Below are positions 11,901 through 23,900 of a stretch of DNA of 64,000 bases, piece after piece; within the stretch, counting starts at the first letter, position 1; the number at the start of each line of letters is the position of its first letter. The position numbers and the translations under genes were made by a program. The DNA lies in NCBI RefSeq assembly GCF_902459465.1, contig NC_047062.1, positions 13,950,001 to 14,014,000 on the forward strand. Direction: 5' to 3'. This DNA is from Asterias rubens (lineage: Eukaryota). The notes beneath the pieces were generated by a model. That model was given only the letters and a program-made list of their open reading frames with translations, was not told the DNA's origin and did not search any database.

Positions 11901-14900
11901 GAATCTCTCTGTACAGACCTGTCTGCATTAAGTACACAAAAAGACTCCATGAAAGGAAAGTTGGTGGCAATGCCCTGAAAGTCAGCACATGTAATGTAAC
12001 CATCTCTGTCTGTATCGTATATCTTGAACACTGTCTGTTAATAAATCAAAATACAAAATGAAATATTAATTCCAAAACATTGATACAAAATGTATCTACA
12101 TTTATACTTGTTTTGGCACAGCATAAAGAAGAGCCTGGCAACCCCGCAGTAGATTTAAACATCCAAGTGATTAAGAGGCCTGGTTCTTGATAATTTACCT
12201 CGACTTTGTCTCGGTAAAATTATCAAGAACCAGGCCTCGTTGGGATTAAACCACTAGTTGAAAACCTCTTCACCACACATTGATTCCCTAATAATAAATA
12301 TCTTTTTGAAATTGTCTGGTGGATTGAGTTCTTATTTTGTTATATTTTATGTTTTTGTTTTCCCCTTCATAAAAATGTACGTATTTTAGTATTACTATTT
12401 TTTTTATAGATTGAAGATTTAGTGTGTCTAGACTATAAAATCCTTATTTATTTGTTGTCCTTCCTTTATTTTTCTCCTTCCAAAAAAATACATCATTTTT
12501 TATGAAGCAGTAACTTCATTACTGCACAAATAAGAGGAAACAGGTGTAAAGAACAACACCTAAGGCCTTGTCAAATTAATGGATGCGGATTGATCACCGT
12601 GGAAGCAAGCATACTCATAGGACGCCTTAGCAAAACCCTACGCAACAGCTTCGGCCATAGCCTCAGCCACATCCACTAGCCACATCCACTATCCACATCC
12701 ACTATCCACATCCACTAGCTACAGCCATTGGCCACAGCCATTAACCACATCTATTAGCCACATCTATTAGCCACATCCATTAGCCACATCCACTATCCAC
12801 AGCCACTAGCTACAGCCACTAGCTACAGCCATTAGCCACATACACTATCCACAGCCACTAGCTACAGCAATCCCAGGTCGAAATTCCAGTTGAACCTGGT
12901 TAAACTTGGTTTAACTGGAACTAGTTGAAACCAGTTGATAAACTAGTTAAACACAGTTAAAACCAGTTGGTTTAAAGACAATGGACACTATTGGTAATTG
13001 TCAAAATACAGTCTTCTCACTTGGTGTATCTCAACATATGCATTAAAAAACAAACCTGTGAAAATTTGAGCTCGATTACATCGGAGTTGCGAGATAACTA
13101 TGAAAGTAAAAACACCATTGTCACACAAAGTTGTGTGCTTTCAGATGCTTGATTTCGAGACCTCAAATTCTAAACTTGAGGTCTCGAAATCAAATTTGTG
13201 GAAAATTACTTCTTTCTCGAAAACTAGGTCACTTCAGAGGGAGCCATTTCTCACAATGTTTTAAACTATCAACCTCTCCCCATTACTTGTTAACAAGTGT
13301 GGTTTTATGGCGATAATTTTGTTGAGTAATTACCAATAGTGTCCACTGCCTTTAATATGGAAAATGGACAGAAACCAACTGGTTTATAATTTCAACCTAG
13401 TTGAACACAGTTAAACCTAGTCCAAACCAGTTGGTTAATATGGAAAATGGACGAGTTTGGTCACAATCCAGTTGAACCAGTTGACACCAGTTAACTAGGT
13501 TCAACTGGAATTTTGACCTGGGATTAGCCACAGCCATTAACCACATCTACTAGCCACAGCCACCAGCCACAGCCAATACCACACCTGGGGCCAAACACTT
13601 GGGGGTTTTCAATTTGATACCTAATGCTGCTATAAACCTCTCTATCTAAAGCCAAGCCCTGAACGGCTACAGCACCAGCTAGATCGCGCGCGTGGCATCT
13701 GCTGATGTAGCGGAAGTTGGCGTTTTGGACACGGCCTATTACTTACCTCCACCATGGCGGCTACATGTTTAGTGATGGTCTCTTGGTCGGGATGAACGCA
13801 TACACCAGATGCCCAGTCTGCGTACACTGCTGGTTTGGTGGGAGTAGACGGCTGCTTCAAGCAAAAAATAATCAAGTTGTGTTACGGGAATGATAAAATA
13901 AAAGAGGAACTTTACATGCAGGTTGTGTGTTACTTCTGCCAACAAAACATTTTTCAACGGCAATTTTGTAACACAGCAACTTATAGTTTTTAGTGAAAGT
14001 CTTTTCAGTAAAGTCAGTAAAGGGCTTTTAATTTACCTTGCAGTATTTTTGGTGATGATTATGACTATTTTTATATATAAAATGATGAATTGGGTAGATG
14101 GCCTTAGCTTTCGATCCAATCCGGACCTTCTTCAGAGGCATAAAACAAGTACAAACAAATACATATCCATTTATAGAAAACGAGAGGGGGAAAGGGATTA
14201 AGGAAAGGATCCAGAAAGAAGCGGGAAAATAACAGCCAATCAAAGTTTCTATTTCAGAAACAATATTGGTGGCTAAGAACTAATAGGAGTGAAGTGGCGA
14301 GGACTATTTTTATATATATAATATATACTAATGAAGAAGGTCCGGTTTAGATGGAAAGCTAAGGCCATCTACCCTACTCATTACATTATATATACTAACT
14401 TACAAGAGATTTTGTTATGGTTCTATTGCTTAAAAACACAACCAAAAAAATAAAACAAGTATTAGTTTTAAAGAAATACAGTAATCTAATTTGAAAAACA
14501 GTTGAATAGTTTCAAATCCTAGAATGTTAATATATAATAATAAAACAGATTTGTAGAACAAACATTGTGCAGCCTGCTGGGCGCTTGAATACAAACAATA
14601 TCAATTACATTACAATGAAACCACAAAATAACAATGGAACTACAAATGTACATCAACTTTAAAGAAAAATTTACATAAGATAAGTTTTATTTAGTAAAAG
14701 CAGCAACTTAAATCTATCGGTGTTGTACAACATTTGAATTTAGTTGAAATGGAAGATGATTCCTGAAACTTGAATCAAAACAAACAAATCCCCAAGGTAT
14801 GTTGGAAACCAGTTCCATGTTTTTTTTTTGTTTTTTTTTTCAGTTTTGAATGATTTTTAGTCTTAAAACTTATTTGAAAAAAAGGTGACAAGTATCATTC

Positions 14901-17900
14901 CAGAAAAATTCTTCTGTCTGAAGTGTTATCACTTGTTCAGTTGAATTTGAACCAAGAAGCACTTTATAACGAACCGTATGTGGAATGTTATCGATAGATG
15001 CAAACAGATATAGTATTTCTGATGTTAGTTATTTGTGTACTTACTGCGCTCGTTGAATTCCTGGGTTCTCTTGCCAAAGATAGCTCATATATTTCATCTT
15101 CAGTATACTGGAGATCAAGTGATGCCTATACAGAACAAACAAGTCCAGTTACAATCTCTATTATAGGAATAGTCAAACTGTGAGGACCAGAAGGACAAAA
15201 CCTGTGGGTCACTACAAGGACCAATTTTATTTAATTTTGTTATTATTATTTCAAAACATTCATTAAATTAATGAAAATAAACAAATTTGGTAAGAAAAAA
15301 AAAACAGCAGCTGTCAATAGTTAAAAGCATTTTGATAAAACACTTAACTTTGAAGTTATGTGGTTATGTAAAAAATAAATAAGTTTTTATGCCTCAAAAA
15401 TTGAATCTCAGATTGTGTTTTCCGGCATGGACATATTCCCTACGGATTTTCGGTGATCTTTCAAAAACGTGACCAAGTGTTTCAAATGAAATTTTCACTA
15501 GTTAGTTTTATTACATTAATATAGGATTAAAACAAACAAACAAACAAACAGTACTAAAATACATTAATATAGGACTAAAACAAACAAACAAACAACCAAA
15601 CAAACGGTTCTAAAAACCAATGGTATACCCTGCCTTTTAACACTGGTAAGATGATTTAAGGATCTGCGGTAGGATCTGAGGAGCTTTGTAATTTAATCAA
15701 GATTGTGTCTTCTACTTGTTTTGATCCCAAAGAGTATGTGACATTTTGATCTAACTTGTTTCCAGTGAAATAAAAACCAAAATATAAACTCTACAACCAT
15801 AACCATTAAAACCATTAAAGGCAGTGGACACTATTGGTAACTACTCAAAATAATCATTAGCATGTAATGGGGAGAGGTTGATAGTATAAAACATTGAGAA
15901 ACTGCTCCCTCTGAAGTGACATAGTTTTCGAGAAAGAAGTAATTTTCCACGAATTTGATTTCAAGACCTCTACAGATTTAGAATTTGAGGTCTCGGAATC
16001 AAGCATCTGAACGCACACAACTTCGGGTGTTTTTTCTTTTATAGTTATCTCGCAACTTCGACGACCAATTGAGCTCAATTTTCACAGGTTTGTTATTTTA
16101 TGCATATGTTGAGAAGACACGAAGTGAGAAGACTGGTCTTTGACAATTACCAAAGTGTCCAGTGTCTTTAAGTGTCTTGTATTAGTATTATCACTATTGA
16201 TATTATTATTATTATTTAGTGCAAAAATCTTACCCTAAGCATATTGACCAGGTCCACATTGGTCTCAAGAGGAGGTTTGGTGTTCTGTAGTTGCATCAGC
16301 TCAGCAAAGATGACCGAGAGCTGACCCATCTTACGTAGGTTGAGTTGACCGTCGTCCGTACGATCAGGAAGTGCTGTGTGGAGCAGGATCAAATCCTTCA
16401 AGTGCACACCTAAGGAAAGGAGAGAGGTTGAAGAATTTCATTTTCAGAAATTGTGTAGGATGATATTCGTTGATCATTCTTTGAAAGAGGCAAGCTAGGC
16501 CTGGAAGGAACTAGTTCTTGGAAGTTAACTATTAAGAGACCATTAATTTCAACATAATCATCACCATTTTCCAAAACATGGCAAATATATTGTTGTTGTA
16601 TTTTCATTAAAAAACTGTATTGAAAAACAATAGCCTTTCAGAAAGACTCTGATAAAATTGAATTGTCAGGCCATTGACCATTTTTTGTGCAAAAACTAAA
16701 CCAATACAAAACAGACATTTGTTGTTAAAATTGTAGCTTCTATATTTTCTATATTAACATAGCAAGATAATGACAATTGTTGGCGAAATTTGTTAGTTGA
16801 AGGTAGGTGAAATATTTTGTGGCACCCAGTGGGCCCTAAAGGGGTAAACTAATAGAGACTAAACATATGGGCCTAATGTTACAAATCTTAAGTCTTTAGA
16901 ACAGTTGGAATATTCCTCAGGGAATCTTTAACAAAAAGTAACTTGGAAAAAATAACAGGATTCTTTGATTCTATGACTATCCCAAATTTCCTGTTTAACA
17001 AAGCTGCATCTTTTAATTTTTACGAATTCACAGAGGAAGGGTCTATCCAGCCACTCCTTTCAAAAAAAAGAAACAAAATAATGAAGTGATTTGATGAAGT
17101 TTTTAAAAAGTAATACAACAGGCGTCGGTTTCACAATGAGCCAAGACTGATCTTAAAGGGTCTATGTAACTTTTGTAGGACAAAAAACACAATGTCCACA
17201 GATTTACACTAAACTTACACAGTTTGAAGATAATGATAGTAGAAAGCTTCCCTGAAAATATTACTTGCTGAGGTGCTGTAGTTTTTGAGAAATGAGCAGA
17301 CAACGTCATGAAAATAATTTTCGTCTCAGTGATTATGAGACGAAAATTATTTCAGCATGTAAAAACGTTTTTTTCATGACATTGTTTTACTCATTTTTCA
17401 AAAACTACAGCACTTCAGCAACTTATATTTTGAGGTACGCTTTGTACTATCATTATCTTCAAACGGTGTTAGTTCAATGTAAATCTGCGGACATTGTGTT
17501 TTGTGTCGAAAAAAAAGTACCCAAATCCTTTAAAACAATGTACTATGGTATACTGACAACTTATTAAAGTTGAATTTAAGTGCTTTGTGAAATCAAGCCC
17601 AGATACTAATGACAACACATTCCTTTCAAAGGTGCGCTTATTGCTTTAGGCGAAAGTTCAACCAAACCCAAATGTTCTCTCTCTTCATTGTAAGAGAAGG
17701 CGGGTTAAATCACCCTTCAGATGAGAGTATTTATAGAATAATTGGGACAAGAACTGTTTTCAAAAGCAGAGTGGAAAAAGTAATTCACCAACAATTAACT
17801 TTATCACGCTATATGCCATGATTTAATTAGTGTGCGTGTGTTATGTGTCTGGTCCCATTTGGATAAATGGATTACTAGGAAGTCATTAGGGTCTACTGTC

Positions 17901-20900
17901 TCCCTTTGTGCTTAGACATGGGAAAAAAATATGCCCGGTTTGAAAGCAAAATATCTTTAAGATCTATGAAGGGTGGGCAGGTACTGGCACGCTAGACAAA
18001 TCACCGAAATCATAAACATCTGTATACATTAATTAACAACCATGCAGAGATGAGTAACCTTATGTGTTGTGTGGTGTCCCCCCCCCCCCCCCCCCCCATA
18101 AAACAAACAAATCTTTTACTGGTTCATTCTTCATGCAAGCTTAATTGCAATCTCAATGAAAAACTTGTCTAAAAAACTTCTTGCAACTAGAATTAAATTT
18201 TCAAAGGTTTTGTTTTTAACCATCATGCCGAGATGAGTAACCTAATGTGCCCCCCAATCTATAATTGGTTCATTCTTCATGCAAGCTTATTTCTAATCTC
18301 ATTTCAAAACTCTTGTGTAGAAAACTTCTTGCAACTTTAATTAAATTTTGCAAACGTTTTTTTTTTCATGAAAATTCTTTGGATTGCATCTTCATTCACC
18401 TGAAGAAAAGAAAAAAAACATTGGGGCAGTTCGATTTCAATGTGACCACATAAACATTTCCAGCAGTTTTTTTCTCCCCCCCCCCCTTTTTCCCCCCTCT
18501 AATCTTTTTATTCCAAATCTAACATGCAAAGTACACCAAAATATAGACAAATTTTACACACATGAATCAGGCATGCAACTGCAGTTTCAGAAGAAGACAA
18601 AATTGAAACCAAAATTGAGCAAACCAGCTGATCAGCTAAAAAGGTTGCAAATGTATGAAAGCAGGGTGTGGTGCCAGTGTTTTTCAAATTGACCATATCG
18701 CGCAATAAACCCTTCAACTTGTGCACCAGCAGAGCATTCCGAAGCATTTCATAGAAAAACATCTGCCATGCATAATTAGCTGTAAACAATTCTCAACAGT
18801 GAGGCAATCTCTAATGGGAATCGTCACGGTATGTTAATTTACTTAACACTGACTCTGACACTCGCTTGTCTTTCTCCGTAATTTTTCATGGACCAAAAAA
18901 AAAAAAGAGAGTTGCCATTTGACAGCACTCTGACTAAAACAAACAATGCAGTTTTACAAGTGTTTCCTCAATATACTCAGCACTGTTTACCCGCAAAAAA
19001 AGAAGGGGAAAAATGAAGGAAAAAAGAGGCAGCTGTCATTTGCATTCACTGACTCACAAAATAAGCCAAGCACAATTCACAACATTGGCAATCTATTTTG
19101 AGGCGGCGCAGAATTCCATGTAAAATGGTATATGACACATGGTTTTATTCACACAAGGTTCATAAAAAGCACTTCAGTCTGCGAGCAGGAGAGAGCGTGC
19201 TAGAGAGGGATGAAGAGGAGAGACAGCGCTGGTAGGAAATAAAAATGTCAAAGTGCATTCACCACAAAAAAAACAAATGCAAGCATCATGCGTTTTCCTG
19301 GAGAACACAAAAACGAACTCTGTCTATAAAAAGGAAGGGAAAGAGCACAATAGAGACAAGTGGACTGTGACATGTCATTTTTAACCACAAACACCTGTTT
19401 CTGAATATTATGAATGATTACAAACATGCAACAAAGAGGAGGAGGATTTCATGCACTAAAAATAAAAGATGAATAAATGTTCAGGCGTATCGACGGTCTA
19501 AAAAGTTGAGACTGCTTACCTCTTTAGATTAACAGCCACAAAGAAGAAGAAGAATGTAGGAAAAGAACAGTGGAGGAAACAATAGAGGGTTAGTTCATTA
19601 GGAAGAAATACAGATTTTTTTAAATGGAATTTTGAAGTCCTGGTCTTTTGCTGCCACCCCATGTACCCACTGCCCAATCAATCTATCTTCAACCATAGCC
19701 ATACTATATGACACGCAAACATCCATTGGAGTTTGAACACTAAATAGTGACCGAATCAATGCGCCAAGTATCATAATATGTTCTGAAAAATCTCTGTAAA
19801 TCACAAATTTTAAACTACTCTAAGGGAGTGTCAACAGAGGGTCCAATACTACACTTTGGGATTTTGACCCTCAACTTTCTTGGAGTTGCATCAAGCGACC
19901 GTGAGACTTGTTTGCACTACTAAACGATTTGAAAGGATTACTACGGCGCTTCTATCTTCGGTGAGGCACACCCATAGATAACACCTACGGTGATACTGAC
20001 ATTCCTTTCTGAAAGTCAAAACTAATATTCTCAATATAGCATGCATTCCGAGTCCTCTATCATTATATCCTTTGACCCTGACATGGGGCAGGAGAATTCT
20101 TTGAGAGATGGGTGGGATAGGGTTTGATTGCAAATAAAGTCAAAAGAAGTTGTGAACATTTTTGAAGCGTGTGGAGATAATTGACTATAAAAATAGTGCA
20201 ACTTTTCATGTATCTGAGGGGTAATCTTTACAGGGTCATAGTGCATCCAGGCACCGATCCACAAGTTCTACCTGCATGATAAATATTTGTTTTAAAGTAA
20301 GGATATTACATGGACGGCATAAGCTCTAATACAGATTTCAGGCTATTTAATCAAAACAGTTCAATTTTTTTCCAAAGACAAAAAAAATAAAATTGAAAAA
20401 TAGACAAAAGGAGGACGAATATCGCACCTGGTTCTAAAAGGGAAGAGTTTCCAGCCCCGCCTCCACCCCCCTCCCCCCCAAAATATATGTAAATAAGAAT
20501 AACTCAAAACCTGTCATTAATGATCACGTCCTCGGCAAAAAGCTAAGTGAGAATAATGCTTGTCCAAATAACGGTGGGGAAACCAAATACCAAACACAAA
20601 ACAAAAAAAACATACAAGAATTAAAAATCATCCACAAGGTTTATATTCCATCCTCATGGTTGTCCACGTATCGAAGAGGAAAAACAAAAAAGCAAATATT
20701 CAAGAATTGAAAGTCACCCACAGGGTTATATTCCATCCTCCATCCACTATAAACGTGAATAAAGATACAGAGAGATTAAGACACCGGGCAGCCGCAATCT
20801 CCATGGGAATCAACGAGTGGGCGGCAGAATATTGTAAGCTCATTGTCTAGGTTTGAGATAAGTATCAGTGAAGTGCATAGATTGACCCTGACTGAGAAAA

Positions 20901-23900
20901 CATGAAGATTACTCACAGGATTGGGATCTTGAAACCTCGTGCTTCCTGCAGCGCCTTGCGGTAGTTGCTGAAATTACATGCAGAGGAGAGCAACTCGGTC
21001 ATCTCTGATATCGTCTGTTTTACGATAAAAAAAAATGATAATGAAAAAAGTTGCTTTATGCTGAAAAAAGCAAGGCTATTTAATACTGACTACATCTGAA
21101 GTGGAGTGGTGATTTTCAGAGTAAGGAGTTTTGAGGTCAACTAATTAATTTGTCGATGACCAACAGAGTTGTTGAGAAAAATCCATAGCCTGTAGCTGCT
21201 GACAACCCAAACCTGCAAAACAGAATGACCTCTCTCTCTGTAACTTTTTATTTATTAATAAAATTGTCAAGAATCACGGTTAACAAAATAAAAAGACAGT
21301 TACAAAAAAATGAGGCATGCAATATGATTCTTTCCTTGGACTTAAAAAAAAGGGTAATAACAGGAGTAAACCTTTTCAGATATGTATTGGAAGGTTTGCA
21401 TGTTAACACAATGACTGTACCTCTTAAGGGCTACAGACATATTGGCTCATGGAATGGCAAAAATACAACACAACATTGTTTTAAGCAGTAGGGACCTATG
21501 CTCTAATTCTCACAAAATAAAAACCCACGTTATTCCGGAGGTCGTTGGTTCGAATCCCACTCTAGTCAATTCTTTGTTCAACCCCAAAAATCATTTCAAA
21601 ATTTACCCAGTCAGTTTCCCTTGTGGTTTCTATTGATAAAATATAAAAAACCCGTACAACTCTTTAATGGCACTGGACACCTTTGGCAACTTTCACTTGG
21701 TGTATCCCAACATGTGCATAAAATAACAAATCTGTGAAAATTTGCACTAAATTGTTGGTCATCAAAGTTGCAAGTGAATAATAAAAGACAAAACACCCTT
21801 GTTTCACAAATTTGTGTGCTTTCCAGACGCCTTAAAAAAGGCTTCAGGCCTGAAGTCTTTTAATGCTTGAGGGAAAATTTCCCTCTTTTCTCAAAAACTA
21901 CGTTACTTCAGCGGGATCTGTTACTCACAATGTTTTGTACTATCAACAGCTCTCCATTGCTCAGGACACCAAGTAAGTTGTTTTATGCTAACAATCATTT
22001 TGAATAATTACCAATAGTATCCAGTGCCTTTAACAGATGCTTTAACCAAAATCCCTCCCTAAATCAAATGGCCTCATAATTTGACAAATTTGAAATACCT
22101 TTTGAGTGTCCGATGAGACATAGGCGAGAGTTTGTCTGAGTCTCGCCAGTGAGCTGTGACTCAATCCTCCAACTACAGCCATCAAGGTGTTAAAGTTATT
22201 CAGCCGTTTTAATCTCTATAGGATAAGAGAGCAATTCCAGAAATAATGTCACCCCAACAAATGTTCGCTGGTTATGCATTAACATTTCTTAGATTGTACG
22301 AATGAGATGATAAAAAAACACTGTACACTGCCATGGCAATGCAAATAAAATTCAGGCCATATCCAAATTTGCGGCTATGTCTATGGCTCTTGCATTATGA
22401 CTTTGAGATCCAGCCATAGCCGTAACTGCCAATATATGGACACAGCCTTTACTGGAGGCTAGGAGATTTATAACAGAGATTTAAAACACACTTGGCAACA
22501 TTCAAGTACAATGATGCATCATGAATAAAACAGCCCAAAATCAATTTGAGACCTTGTTATATACATTATTTTTAAATGTTCAATGCTTACATCATATAAC
22601 CAGCAAAAAAGAGGTTTGAAAATGTGTTAATTAATTATTTTTTGGGTTTAGTAGAAATCAGGCAAAAACAGGAAGTTTCATCCTAAAAAACTTCCAATAG
22701 ACTATGTCAAACAAATTGGGCCATTTTGGGACCCCTTTGGTCCCATTTTCATTGCTTTAATGTGAAGAAAACAAACAAACTCATACAAATTAAGGGACCC
22801 ATTGTTTTAATATGCATGAGACTACACAGTCTATTCAAAAAGGGAGGGAGGGAACAGGAAAAGTAAGCATATGGGATAAATTGCAAGGACTAGAAATAGT
22901 GGGTTCACTGACCTTTGAGACTTCAACAAACTTGGTGATGACCTCTGCCCTCTGCTTGGGTGTATGTCTACTGAGAATCATACATTGTATCCATAGTGAT
23001 AGTCCATTAAATAGACCAATGGAACGTTCCAACTTGAGATTGTCCTTCAGCTGACCAGAGAGGGCGTAACTTTTCAAGTCTGCAAACTAAAAAAAAGAAG
23101 AAAACACAGCTGTTTACAAAGTCAAAGACAAGGTAACACATATACAAAATTTAAACAGACGCATACTATAGTTAATTGTCCATACTATAGTTAATTGTCC
23201 ATCTCTTTACTCTCAGACACACCACAACTCATGAGTCATATACCGTAGAGAGTTCTATGTAAATAACAAATTTCAATATAGATGATTAACTGTCAGAAAA
23301 TTGACATGTGGAAAAAATCCAAACAAACAAACAATTTGTGAAAACAACCATTGGTATACTTGTACCCATGCAAACTTAAATCCAAAGAAGCTTTTAGTTC
23401 TAACAGAGAAGTGTGGGGGGGGTGATAGAAATCATAAAAAAAAGGTAAGATTCTGTTCAAGACCCTGAAGCAGAGTCTATCCTTTGAATGTAATTTTGTA
23501 AAAAGTGGCAATTGCTAGCAGAGTCGTTGACCAATCTGTATGACGAAGCAGAGTCATTTGACCCCAATTAAGTCCTTTAAACCCAGTAAACCCTAGCCGA
23601 GTCGTTTGACCCCAGCAGAGTCATTTGACTGTAGCTGAATTGTTTGGTCATTGCAACTAAACAAATACAAATATATTAATGTAATTTTGTATGTAATAAA
23701 AATTCAGTTCAGCTCAACCACTTTTCTGAGCAGTTCCGCAGTTCAACAATGTAGCAAGCACACTTACATTTAGTCTTCTGAAGATTTTGTATTCAAGGAA
23801 TGTAAGATGATTGGCCAGTTCACCAGGTTCAAGGTGATTGAAGACCAGCGAGACTTTGCGATTGGTCCTCATGGAAGGATTCCGTACTGAAATGACCCGC

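Larger units (their letters stand above)
12660..13585. repeat. 13-bp minisatellite (GCCACATCCACTA-like), split by nested insertions
   Basis: About 16 units at 12660-12869 and about 5 units at 13525-13585. Confidence 0.9.

Noticed and set aside
16410-16413. Non-canonical TT acceptor as a fix for the frame mismatch
   Set aside because: There is no precedent with a GTGAGT donor. The 2-nt microexon or an assembly error explains it better.
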